Source: Eledone cirrhosa
Lineage: Eukaryota
Assembly: GCA_964016885.1 (NCBI GenBank)
Contig: OZ024742.1
Coordinates: forward strand, 332,010,001 to 332,074,000
DNA: 64,000 nucleotides
Direction: 5' to 3'
This document shows, in pieces, positions 1 to 12,310 of the stretch. The translations under genes and the position numbers were made by a program. The stretch's first letter is position 1; each line of letters opens with the position of its first letter. The notes beneath the pieces were generated by a model. The model was given only the letters and a program-made list of their open reading frames with translations. It did no database searches and was not told the DNA's origin.

Positions 1-1607
1 ACATTACTGACAGACATGTGATAGGTCTATAGTTGATAACATGATTACCCTTGATTCGGTCTTTCATTATCAGAACTGTGGTACCTTTTGTCAACCTCTC
101 TGGTACCTCACCTGACATCAAGCAGTCATTGAACATGGTTGTCAGTTTCGGGTGGAGGGATGTTATATTTTAATCCAATACCCCTGCACACCATCTGCGC
201 CTGGTGATTTCCAGTTGGTTAGTTTTTTGGCCTGCCCCTTAAGAGTTTCAACTGTGATACTCAAATCAGTTTGGTGGTGTGGCTGTTCACTGATCTCCTT
301 CTGTACTGTCTCAATCCACACTGCCTGGTCATTATGTTTAACATCCTGCTCCCATATTCCTCTCCAGAATGTTTTAGTTTGTTCCGCCTCAGGGATCAAG
401 TCATTGCCTCTCTCTTTCCCTTCAAGCTGTCCAAACAACATCTTCTGGTTGTTGTCGAACATGCGGTAAGTCTATACTGACTGACTCTGTTCTCGTATCG
501 CCTGATTTTTGCACTCTTTGCTACAATGCGTTGCTTCAGTTCCTCTATGATAATATTTAGTATTTTCCTAGTTTTGTACTTTATTTTCCTAGTTTTGTGC
601 TTTATTTCCAGTCTATTTTTAGTGTCTATGTTTGTTATTGTCCCATTCAGTAGGGACTCAAGCTTTCCAATGTAATTTCTCATTTCCCTGGTTTGGACAC
701 TCAGTCGTTTCTTCCACCAAGGCTCTGCTCTTTCTTGTCTGTTGTTTTCTCTCGCTTTTATACCAAGTAGTTTCCTCACCGTATTTGCTGTTGCTTTGAG
801 GATATTGTTGCACTGGTGAAGGCTCCTCGCCTCAAGGTATGGGATGACTTTGTTTACCTTAGCTGTTGTTCCTTTTAACTTTTTCCTGTCTACAAATCTT
901 AGGTTCATAGGTCTCCCACTATCATTGTTCAATTCATCTACAACTAAGTTTAGGATATCAACCAAATCTTGTCCTAGCCCGTCAGCATTCATCTCCTCAG
1001 TGGCCGTATCTCTGTTCCAGGTACTATTTATCTCAGCATTCAGATCATTGTCTGCTTCGGGTGGTTCCTCCGTTCTCTCGACCTCTTCACCTTCATTTCC
1101 CACAGGCTCGTTTGCCTGGCATACTCCACTCTCCATCTCCAAGCTAATCTCTCTGCTCAATTCCTCCAGTTCCAGCTCGCTTATCCACCCATTAGTTCTT
1201 ATTACCCGAGCCTGCCCGGCAAATTTTTGTTCATCTAATTTAAATAGACCAATCTCGTTCCAGATGTTATGCATCCGTTTCCTATAGCCTTTCTCCTTAG
1301 GTAACATTGCATAACAGTTCTATTCAATTATTTCGTCCAGTTGGTTCTGGTCCCTTTCCTTCTTCTTCTTCCTCCGACACCAGCAGTATTTGGTTGACAG
1401 CCAGGTCCCTGCTGCTGAGCCAGGGAGCACCTGTTGGATGAGAGTCTGTCACATGACATTCTAGTCTCCATTTCACCGTTATTCGAACTGTTTAGGTTCG
1501 ACATTTAAACACTCTTATCGAGGATTGGCGAATGTATGGTTACATAACCACCGGTGAATTCATCGTCTCCGGTGGTTTCGTCACTCCACGTGACTTTTGT
1601 GTGGCAT
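1..1607 (-). mobile_element. 5' part of an R4/Dong-clade (RLE-type) non-LTR retrotransposon, frameshifted, running off the window start
   Basis: ORF 396..1307 (KGYRKRMHNIW..., EPWWKKRL, ELKQRI..K.RRY) and ORF 163..462 (FWRGIW, NWKSPGADGVQGYWIK) match the N-terminal and pre-RT region typical of R4/Dong elements. Confidence 0.85.
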
Positions 1608-1915
1608 TATCACGCTGTAGACGAACACAAATAAACAAACAAACAAACAGGCAGAAAAAACCCCAAAAATGAATAAGCATAAGTTTCATTGTAATGTAGT
1701 GTTCGAATGTCTGACTTAGATTTTCCCTTCCCTTCTCTGTCCGTCTGTTTGTTTTTTCTCTTCATTCTTATTTTCTTTACGTTTTTCGTTGTTGCTGTGC
1801 TGCTTTGATTTTGATTTTTGTCTTTTTGATTTGACCGAGTCATCAATTCAGTCTATTTATATATTTTGATGCCTTCCTCTTTTAGTGAGAATTCTACAAT
1901 GTAGCAGGGGCTAGC

Positions 1916-2160
1916 GGGAGAGATTAGCGGCGGTAGTGATAATGAGGCAGTAGTGGTGGTGGTGGTGGTCGTGGCGGTGCTGTGCTAGCAGCAACTAGCA
2001 TGAGGTAGTGGGAGAGAACAGCGGCGGTAGCGATAATGAGGCAGTGGTGGTGGTTATGTGGTCGTATTACTGTAGTCATGGTGTTGAAGTTGGAGTAGAA
2101 ATGTGAGTCGACTTGACCAGAGTTTTCATCGTGGTAGTGGTGGTGGTGTTGGTGGTGAAA
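1916..2160. repeat. (GGT)n-rich low-complexity tract with an imperfect ~95-bp tandem duplication
   Basis: gggagag..agcggcggtag.gataatgaggcagt.gtggtggt occurs at ~1916 and ~2010. Confidence 0.7.
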
Positions 2161-2277
2161 TCATCTTTAGTGAAATTATCGTTAGTGGCGTATATGTGTT
2201 GACATATTCCGTTAATATTGCCATTAAACATTTTGTTAAAACTAAAACTTGATTTTTATTTTTTTTTTTTTTGTTTG

Positions 2278-2320
<43 letters not shown>

Positions 2321-2330
2321 GTTATTGTTA

Positions 2331-3095
2331 TTCCTTGAATCTCAGTCATTGATGTTGGTTAACTGGAAAGTCCGTTGGATTGAATATCAAGCCACTACCT
2401 GCACCCTCAGATATTCAGGACGTATCGGAGGGTTCTTGCTGTTCCAAGCAAGCATGCCTTTTGAAGCGTTCCACAAAGCGTGAAGGGGCTGATTTTTTTA
2501 ACCATCCCTGGAAACCTTTGGAGATAGTCCCCAGTGCGCCTATGACAATCGGGATCACTTTGACTTCATGGCAGTTCCAAATCCTTTTCACCTCCCACTT
2601 TAGGTCCTGGTATCGGTTAATTTTCTCCCTCTCCTTCTCTTGCACTCTCGTGTCGAACGGGCAGGCCACATCCACAATCAGGCACGATCTTTTTTCTTTG
2701 TCCATAACCACCAGGTCAGGTCTATTGTGTTCCAGTTTTTTGTCCGTCTGTATCCTAAAATCCCACAGCACCTTCACCTGACTGTTCTCCATCACCGCCT
2801 CTGGCCTATGCTCATACCATTTCTCAGAATGTGGTAGATTGTTTACTTTGCACAGGTGCCAGTGGATCACCCAGCCCATCACATCGTGTCTCCAGCCCTT
2901 ATAGTGGGTCTGGGCTAGGTGTTTACACTCGGACACAATGTGAGCCACAGTCTCCTCTCTCTCTCCACAGATCCTGCACAGTGGGCTAGCCTCCTCCTTG
3001 TAGATATGGTGCTTCAACCACTTCGTTTTGAGGGCCTGCTCCTGCGCAGCCATTAGCATTCCTTCTGTAGCCTTTTTGAGGTCTCCTCTTCTCAA
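2331..3095 (-). mobile_element. R4/Dong 3' fragment (CCHC finger, RLE endonuclease, 3' UTR), tandem copy 1
   Basis: ORF 2415..3179 has CRICGEREETVAHIVSEC, RHD and RPDLVV..D.ACPFD..EK..RY (PD-(D/E)xK nuclease). Flanked by (TTA)n. A 1-bp deletion near the C-terminus distinguishes it from copies 2 and 3. Confidence 0.9.
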
Positions 3096-3132
<37 letters not shown>

Positions 3133-3224
3133 GTTATTGTTATTATTATTATTATTATTATGTCGGCCCTTGTGGCCAATAAATTAAATCATTATTATTA
3201 TTATTATTATTATTGTTGTTGTTA

Positions 3225-3990
3225 TTCCTTGAATCTCAGTCATTGATGTTGGTTAACTGGAAAGTCCGTTGGATTGAATATCAAGCCACTACCTGCAGCC
3301 TCAGATATTCAGGACGTATCGGAGGGTTCTTGCTGTTCCAAGCAAGCATGCCTTTTGAAGCGTTCCAAAAAGCGTGAAGGGGCCGATTTTCTTTAACCAT
3401 CCCTGGAAACCTTTGGAGATAGTCCCCAGTGCGCCTATGACAATCGGGATCACTTTGACTTCATGGCAGTTCCAAATCCTTTTCACCTCCCACTTTAGGT
3501 CCTGGTATCGGTTAATTTTCTCCCTCTCCTTCTCTTGCACTCTCGTGTCGAACGGGCAGGCCACATCCACAATCAGGCACGATCTTTTTTCTTTGTCCAC
3601 AACCACCAGGTCAGGTCTATTGTGTTCCAGTTTTTTGTCCGTCTGTATCCTAAAATCCCACAGCACCTTCACCTGACTGTTCTCCATCACCGCCTCTGGC
3701 CTATGCTCATACCATTTCTCAGAATGTGGTAGATTGTTTACTTTGCACAGGTGCCAGTGGATCACCCTGCCCATCACATCGTGTCTCCAGCCCTTATAGT
3801 GGGTCTGGGCTAGGTGTTTACACTCGGACACAATGTGAGCCACAGTCTCCTCTCTCTCTCCACAGATCCTGCACAGTGGGCTAGCCTCCTCCTTGTAGAT
3901 ATGGTGCTTCAACCACTTCGTTTTGAGGGCCTGCTCCTGCGCAGCCATTAGCATTCCTTCTGTAGCCTTTTTGAGGTCTCCTCTTCTCAA
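3225..3990 (-). mobile_element. R4/Dong 3' fragment, tandem copy 2
   Basis: ORF 3301..4074 with the same motifs and an intact C-terminus LQKACLLGTARTLRYVL. Period 894-895 bp. Confidence 0.9.
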
Positions 3991-4027
<37 letters not shown>

Positions 4028-4119
4028 GTTATTGTTATTATTATTATTATTATTATGTCGGCCCTTGTGGCCAATAAATTAAATCATTATTATTATTATT
4101 ATTATTATTGTTGTTGTTA

Positions 4120-4840
4120 TTCCTTGAATCTCAGTCATTGATGTTGGTTAACTGGAAAGTCCGTTGGATTGAATATCAAGCCACTACCTGCAGCCTCAGA
4201 TATTCAGGACGTATCGGAGGGTTCTTGCTGTTCCAAGCAAGCATGCCTTTTGAAGCGTTCCAAAAAGCGTGAAGGGGCCGATTTTCTTTAACCATCCCTG
4301 GAAACCTTTGGAGATAGTCCCCAGTGCGCCTATGACAATCGGGATCACTTTGACTTCATGGCAGTTCCAAATCCTTTTCACCTCCCACTTTAGGTCCTGG
4401 TATCGGTTAATTTTCTCCCTCTCCTTCTCTTGCACTCTCGTGTCGAACGGGCAGGCCACATCCACAATCAGGCACGATCTTTTTTCTTTGTCCACAACCA
4501 CCAGGTCAGGTCTATTGTGTTCCAGTTTTTTGTCCGTCTGTATCCTAAAATCCCACAGCACCTTCACCTGACTGTTCTCCATCACCGCCTCTGGCCTATG
4601 CTCATACCATTTCTCAGAATGTGGTAGATTGTTTACTTTGCACAGGTGCCAGTGGATCACCCTGCCCATCACATCGTGTCTCCAGCCCTTATAGTGGGTC
4701 TGGGCTAGGTGTTTACACTCGGACACAATGTGAGCCACAGTCTCCTCTCTCTCTCCACAGATCCTGCACAGTGGGCTAGCCTCCTCCTTGTAGATATGGT
4801 GCTTCAACCACTTCGTTTTGAGGGCCTGCTCCTGCGCAGC

Positions 4841-4843
<3 letters not shown>
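4120..4843 (-). mobile_element. R4/Dong 3' fragment, tandem copy 3 (about 40 bp shorter at its 5' end)
   Basis: ORF 4196..4843 is identical to copy 2 over the shared length. Confidence 0.9.
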
Positions 4844-4879
<36 letters not shown>

Positions 4880-7800
4880 GTGACCCGCAGCGAAAGCAAT
4901 GCTTTCAGGCTACTAGCCGTCTACGCCCCAACTGGGGCAGGACGGCCAGATTTTTTCAAACGTCTAAAGACCTTTCTTGGAATGTCCCGCTCTTTAGTGT
5001 CAGTGGGCGACTGGAACGGTATCTTGGATGCACACTGGGATTATATGCGGCTAGTGGATAGGGGAAGAGAGTGCAAGAGCCTCACCAACCTGCTCAGACG
5101 TTTTGAACAGTCTTTCAGGTATCGACTGGATCACCCGAATATGCCAATGTGGACATGGACAACCACAGCGGGTCATCCAGATTGTATCTCGATAGGGTAT
5201 TCTGCAGAGAACTAGATAATGCTAGTAGAAGTTGTCCACAATTTAAAATAGTCGACTACACAGACCACAAATTTGTGATCTGTGAGATCGACATAGACAG
5301 AATTCATGGACAAGGACCCAGTTACTGGAAGCTGAACGCGTCTTTCCCGGTGCACAAAGCCTACAGAGACCGGATTAGCGTAATAGTTAAGCGGGTGTTG
5401 ACGGGAGCGGTCGTCAACAACAGGTGGTAGTTCGCCCTGAAAAGGGCAATTAAATTAGAGTCGATTAGGTTTAGCAAAGGACTAGTGATAGAGGAAATTA
5501 GAGTAGAGGGAGAGCTAGTCAAAAGCTAGAAGAGACGTTTAGGACAGGCATCGCAACCGACGTGCTTGCGGCAAGATTAGCACTCGATCAATTCTTCAAC
5601 GCAAAACACGAAGGCTGCGATATTAGAGCTAGAGCGCGTGGGCTGAAACACGAGGGAACAAAAGCCGTCCAAAGGGCACGGGTGGCAGAGGCGCGACGTG
5701 GCACAAAGCCACAATTCGGTTTTTGCTTGATCAAAACGGGCGGGTGTTGCTCAAACCCAAGCAGATGTGTGAGGCTTTTCAGCAGCACTTTGTTGAACTG
5801 TTCGGTAGCAGCGGCGGCCCGGATCGGGGTATGAACTTCAGTGCATACCTCGACGGAGTGCCTCGGCTCTCGAGGAAAAGCCAATAACAGCCGGTGAAAT
5901 ACGGGAAGCGATGGCTAACTGCACGAGGGATAAATCGCCAGGTTTCGATTGTCTGCCCTACGAGCTTTATGCATTTATGCCAGACTTATTCGGTGACCTC
6001 TCGACAGACGTCTACTGCAACTGGCAGCATAACGGGAGCATTCCCAGTTTTGTGAGCCGGGGAGTGGTGGCGCTGCTGAGAAAAGACCCGAACAAGGGGG
6101 ATGTTATCGATAACCTCAGGCCCATAACTCTGCTAAACGAAGAGTTCAAGATTTTGGCCAAGGTGTTAGCAACGAGGTTGGCGCTTGTCGTCATGGCCTG
6201 GTCGGAGAGTCGCAGACATGCAACATTTCGGAAGATCCATACACGACAACCTCCACCTCATACGATACATCATAGAGAGGGTAGTTAAGTAACCTGGCAC
6301 GGGTGGGGCTCTGATCAATGTGCATCAATCCAAAGCATTCGATAGGGTCGACCATCGCTACCTGGCGGCGGTCCTCGAGGCAGCCGGTTTCGGGCTCATT
6401 TCCAGGGGTTGGATCACTGCGATGTATAGCGACATCTGCTCAGTCGTGAGGGTGAACCGTCACTTCTTGCAGCAGTTCAGCATCATGCGTTCTGTCCACC
6501 AGGGTTGTCCCCACTCGTCCGTCTTGTACGTATTGGCTCTCGAGCCGTTACTGCACAAACTGGGGGCAATGACGAGCATCAGACGCGAATTAGGATGCGG
6601 GAAATCCGAGTCGGCTTACGACGACGACGTCACCATGGTGGTGTCGAGCACCAGACACGTCCAGGTGCTCGGCACCGCTCTCAAGCAATACGAAGCGGTG
6701 ACAAGAGCAAAGATAAACCAGGAAAAGTCGGTGGGCTTGCAGCTCGGCAACTGGAGAAGCAAGTGCATGCCGTCTGACAGTGTCGTGGGGCGTTGGACGA
6801 ACGGACCGGTTAAATTACTCGGGGTCTGGTTCGGACCGGACCTCCAGATGGAGAAAAACTGGAGCGAGGTGACGAGCAGGGTGGCCTCCCCCACCCAGAA
6901 ATGGGAAATGGGCCGAGAGGAAGCTGTCCCTGAAAGGCCGGGCGGAGGTGGCGAATGCGTACATTGCATCCGTCATCTGCTACCGCCTCACCGTCGTCCC
7001 TTACCCCGGCTCAAACCTCACCAAAATGGATGTCTCCTCTTCCGCTTTTTGTGGAAGGGACGCAATCCCAGGGTCAGACGATCCATCTGCTGTCAACATC
7101 CCTTGCGTGGAGGACTCGAGATGCCATAGCTGATGATGCGCAAACATGCGCTGAGGCTACGACATCTCTCGTGCTTCCTTGACGGTGAAAGGTGTGGTCG
7201 CCGTTCGCCAGGCACATTTTCCCACAGCTCGTCTCCTTGACGGAGCTGCAATCCTGGGTCAGAAAAAGAATGAGGGATAGCGCTTGGAAATTGGAATGTC
7301 TCCTGGCGCTCACCGCCCTCTGCCAGCTGGGCACCTGTATCGGTGGAATATCCACATCGGCGTTCTATAGAGGACTAATGGAGAGGAAGAGCGACGACGT
7401 TCTCGGATAGATCCTGGGCGTCGAAGAAGATCAGCTGTTTGCTCTCTTCCAGAGAACTTTCAGCCCAGGGCCTATAGATTTACAAAAATCCCTGGCCTGG
7501 CAGTGCTACCGGGGAGCGTTGCCGGTTCGAGATAAGATCTACAGGCACGGAAGTGCCGTCAGCCGTGCCTGTACGACATGCGCGCAGAGCGACGAAGACC
7601 GCCGTGCACGCATTCGTTCAGTGCCTGAGCATTGCTGACTTGTGGAACTATGTCGAACAGTTGCTGTCGCGTTTAGGACCGATCCGGTTATCAACTGAGT
7701 CAATTTTGCAGATGGTCTCGCTGTCTTCCTTAGAGGAGGAAGGGCAAGCCGTTTTCATGTGCGTGGTGGCCATGGCGAAAGAGATTGTGTGGTGGACAAG

Positions 7801-8298
7801 GTTGAAAGGGTTAAAGACAGACATTTTCTTCTTCGGCGTATCTCTGATTAACTTTTTCAAGTTTCACATGAAGAGGAAAATCAGGGTGGAGAGGCAAGTT
7901 CTGTTTCTAGCAAGTTGGTTGATAGGTGGGTGAATGTAACGTGAATGGTCCGAGTGAACGGGACCGCTCTGAATATACGCTTGTAGTTTGAGGAATTTAA
8001 AAAAATTGAGAGAGGGCACTTGCCCTGGTGGTCAGGGTGGTTGTGGTCTTTTGTGTGGTTTTCGCCACGAGTAACCATCGGAGGTTTCCCCCTATTTGGG
8101 GAATTTTTTCATTGTATCAATTTTCATTTTTATTGTTTATATATATATATGTTTCTAAATCTTTTTTTTTAAATACAAATAATAAAAATCTTTACACGTA
8201 CAAAACACATATCATACCGTCCTGTACCGTCCTGTGCCGTCTGTAATGTTTTTTCTTGATGTCAGCCCTTGTGGCCAATAAAGAAATCATTATTATTA
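4880..8298 (+). mobile_element. Tx1-clade (L1 group) LINE, decayed ORF2 (APE-RT) plus 3' UTR
   Basis: APE motifs AVYAP, GDWN, YLDRV, TDH, YWKLN. RT motifs KSPGFD, RPITLLN, KAFDRVDH, QGCP.S, AYDDDV. 3' tail gcccttgtggccaataaagaaatc(att)n. Many frameshifts and stops. Confidence 0.9.
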
Positions 8299-9860
8299 TA
8301 AGCGGTGACAGGAACAATGATCAACCAGGAAAAGTCGGTGGGCCTGCAGCTCGGCACCTGGAGAGGCAGGTCCATGCCGTCCAACAGCGTCGTTGGGCGC
8401 TGGACGGACGGACCGGTTAAATTGCTAGAGGTCTGGATCGGTCCGGACCTCAGACGGACAAAAACTGGGACGAGGTGACGAGCAGGGTTGCTTCTCTCAC
8501 CCAGAAATGGGCAGAGAGGAAGCTATCCCTGAAAGGTCGAGCGGAGGTGGCGAATGCGTACATCGCGTCCGTCATCTACTACCGCCTGACCGTCGTGCCT
8601 TATCCTAAGCCTCGCCTAACTGCACTGGAGCGTTTGCTCTTTCGCTTTTTGTGGAAGAGACGCGATGGTCAGGCGTTCCATCTGCTGTCAACACACGCTA
8701 CGTGGTGGGCTGAGCATGCCGTGGCTGATGATGCGCAGACACGCGCTCAGGCTACGACATCTCCACCTCTTCCTCGACGGTGAGCAGGTGTGGTCGCCGT
8801 TTGCTAGACGCGATTTCCCGAGATCGTCTACTTGACGGAGCTGCAGTCCTGGGTCAAGCGAAGACCGAGAGGGAGCGCTTGGAGACTGGAATATCTTAAG
8901 GCGCTCACGGCCCCAGACCAGTCGGACAATGTGATCGGTGAAACTTCACCTTGGCGTTCTATAGAGGATTAATGGAGGGGAAGAGCGACGATGTACTTGG
9001 GGAAACTCTAGGCGTCGACGAAAATCAACTAGCCAATCTTTTCGGAGGAACTTTCGGGCCGGGGCCTATGGACAATTTCCAGAAATCCCTAGCCTGGCAG
9101 TGCTACCGAGGAGCTTTGCTAGTTCGGGATAAACTCTACAGGCACGGAAGTGCCGTCAGTCGGGCATGTCCGAGATACACGCAGGGCGACGAAACCGTCC
9201 TGCACGCACTCGTTCAGTGTCTGAGCATTGCTGACTTGTGGGTTTATGTCGAACACATGCTGTCGCGTGTAGAACGGATCTGGATATCAGCTGTGTCCAT
9301 GGTGAGGTTTGCCCCGCCCTCTTCTTTTAGTCGTGAAGGGTAGGCAGTTTGTATCTGCCTGGTGGCCATGTTAAAAGAGATAGTATTGTGGACGCGTCTC
9401 AAAGGGCTGAAAACGAGCACTTATCTCATCGGTGGTGCCCTGATTAACTTTTTTCAAATTTCATTTGAAAAGTAAAGTCAGGGTAGAGAGGGAAGTGCTC
9501 TCTTCCCAGCATTTTGTTGAAAGATGGGTGAGAGAGGCCAGAATGGCTCGAGTGAATGGACCTACTCTGAGTATATGCCTGCAAATTGAAGGTGGAAAAC
9601 TGGGAGAGGGCACTTGCCCTGGTGATCAGGATCACCGTGGCTTTTTTTGTTAATGGGCTTTCTCCACGATGGCCCTCGGAAGTCTGCCCCCTATTGGGGA
9701 ATTTTTCATTGTTCTTTTTTTGTTACATACTGTTTTTTTTATTGTTTACACTCAGTAATGCCCATTTGTACCGCCCTGTATTATCCTGTATTGTCCTTAA
9801 TGTCTACTTTGTGTAAACCCTTCTTGTTAATAAAGAAAGCATTATTATTATTATTAATAT
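8299..9860 (+). mobile_element. Tx1-clade LINE, 5'-truncated 3' fragment
   Basis: WAERKLSLKGRAEVAN and the C-terminal CCHC-like CPR...ETVLHALVQC. Ends aataaagaaagc(att)n. Clearly homologous to 4880-8298. Confidence 0.9.
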
Positions 9861-9861
9861 T

Positions 9862-11837
9862 ATTCCCAGTTCTGTGAGCAGGCGAGTGGTGACGCTGATG
9901 AGCAAAGACGAGAACAAGAGGGATACATTAGACAACTTCATGCCCATAAATCTGCTCAACACAGTTTAAGATGTTGGCCAAGGTGTTAGCAAAGATATTG
10001 GCGCTTGTCGTCGAGGATTTGGTTGGGAAGGCGCAAACTTGCGCAATCCCAGCCAGGTCCATACACGACAATCTCCACCTCATGCGATACATCATAGAGA
10101 GGGAAGGGTGTAAACCTAGCTTCGGTGGGGCACTGATCAATTTAGATCAATTGAAAGCATTCGATAGGGTCGACCATCGGTATCTGGAATTTGTCCTCAA
10201 AGCGGCTGGCTTCGGCCGTCTACAGAAGCTGGGTCGCTGCAATACACAGCGGCACATGCTCGGTGGTCAAGGTTAATGGCCACCTCTCGGAACCATCTCG
10301 GCTCTCCCGATCGGTCCGTCAAGGGTGCCCTCTCTCTTCCCTTATGTACGTATTGACTCTCGAGCCTTTACTGCGGAAGCTGGAGCTGTTGCAGGGCATC
10401 CCGCTCGAACCGGGACGTGGAAAGGCGGTGTCGGCTTATGTGGACGACATTACCGTGATGGTGTCGAACACCTCAGGAAGCGAGGTGGTCGGCACCTTAT
10501 TGAAGGAATATGAAAGGTTGACATGACCCAAACTTAACCCGGAAAAGTCGGTCGGCTTGCAGCTCGGAACCTGGAGAGGCAGGCCCATGCTGTCCAACAG
10601 CGACATGGGGCGCTGGACGGACGGACCGGTAAAGTTGCTCGGGGTTTGGTTCGGACCAGACCTCTAGGTGGAAAAGAATTGGGACGAGGTAACGAGTAGC
10701 CAATCTCACCAAAAAATGGGCTGGGAGGAAGCTATCACTGAAAGGTCGCGCGGAAGTGGCGAATGCGTACATCGCGTCCGTCATATACTACCGCCTTACC
10801 GTCGTGCCTTGCCCCCGTCCGCGCCTCGTCAAGTTGGAACGGCTCCTCTTCAAATGATTGTGGAGGGGACAAGTTCCGTTTGTGAGGCGGTCCATCTGCT
10901 GCCAGCACCCTCTACGCGGAGGGCTGGGCATGCCGTGGCTAATGATGCTCAGACATGCGTTGAGGCTGCGACATCTCCAGATATTCTGCCTAAATGGTGA
11001 ACAGGTGTGGTCGCCGTATATCAGACGGGCCTTTCCACAGCTCATTTCTTTGACTGAGCTGCAGTCATGGGTCAAGTAGAGACCGAGACTGGGTGTCTGG
11101 CACCTGGAATGTTGCCAGGCACTCACTGCCCTCTACAAAGCGGGCAAATCGATCAGTGGAACACCCACTCTTGTGTTCTATAGAGGATTAGTGGTGGGCA
11201 AGTGGGAGGACGCACTCGGAGAAGCTTTGGGCCTCGACGAAGTCGAACTCTCCAGTCTGTACGGGAGGACTTTCGAGCCGGGGACGATGGACAATTTCCA
11301 GAAATCCCTCGCTTGGCAGTGCCACCGGGGGGCACTGCCGGTTCGGGATAAACTCTACAGGCACGGAAGTGCTGTCAGACGGACCTTCCCAAGATGCGCT
11401 CAGAACGACGAAACCGTTCTGCACGCACTTGTCCAATGTCCGTGCATTACTGACTTATGTCGAATAGCTGTGGTCGCGTGTGGAACGAATCTGGCTATCG
11501 GCCGAGTCCATAGTGAAGATCGACCCGCCGCCTTCCTTAGGTCAGGAAGAGCAGAAAATGTTCCTCTGTCTGGTGGCAGTTGCAAAAGAGGTTATATGGT
11601 GCAACAGATTAAAAGGACTGAAAAGTGACACTTTTCTCTTCGGCCAATCCCTCATCAACTTCTTCAAGTTTCACCTAGAAAGGAAGGTGAGGGTGGAGAG
11701 AGAAGTGCTGCCCCCCAGTACATTTGGTAAAAGGTGGATGAATGTGGCGAGAATGGCTCATGTGAATGGACCTACTCTGACCATGCGCCTATAGGCTAGC
11801 TAACATGTCATCCATGTTGGCTAATAAATGAAATCAT
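9862..11837 (+). mobile_element. Tx1-clade LINE, RT-to-3' fragment
   Basis: KAFDRVDH, VRQGCPLS, AYVDD, GGLGMP and ETVLHALVQC. Shortened tail ...ggctaataaatgaaatcatta. Confidence 0.9.
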
Positions 11838-12008
11838 TAGTAGAGGGTTGGACGCCATGCTTTCTAGCATAGTTACGTCCCTTTACAGTCTGAGTTCAAA
11901 TCCCGCCGAGGTTAACTTTGCCTTTCATCCTTACGGGGTCGATAAAATAAAGCACCAGTAATGTACTGGGTAATTGCTGGCCTTGTGCCAAATGTAGAAA
12001 CAATTATT
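11838..12008 (+). mobile_element. tRNA-derived SINE, family A
   Basis: B-box gttcaaatcc followed by the core gaggttaactttgcctttcatccttacggggtcgataaaataaag.accagt, shared with about 10 other copies in the window. Confidence 0.85.
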
Positions 12009-12310
12009 AATATTATTATTATATTATTTTTGAAAGACTCGATATGCATGACAAAACTCCTAGCTTTATCACTTCGTCCCTTTTTAACATTATTTGTGTT
12101 GTCTAAACTTGTTTGATGATGTAATCTACTGATGCCAGAGTTTGAGGTGAATGTGTGTTTATTTACGTTACTACCAATATGTCAGTGGAGATCATTTTAA
12201 ACACACACTTCTCCTAATCCTCCTTCTTCTCTAACACTGTTCCGTTTCAATACTCTTTGTCTTGGCAGCAAAAATGTTTTTTCATTTAATATTTCAAATT
12301 TTCATTTCAG

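Noticed and set aside
844-1287. Antisense and alternate-frame ORFs over LINE, PLE and Helitron sequence (also 2380..2781, 35863..36498)
   Set aside because: They are shadow ORFs of TE coding strands with no independent motifs.
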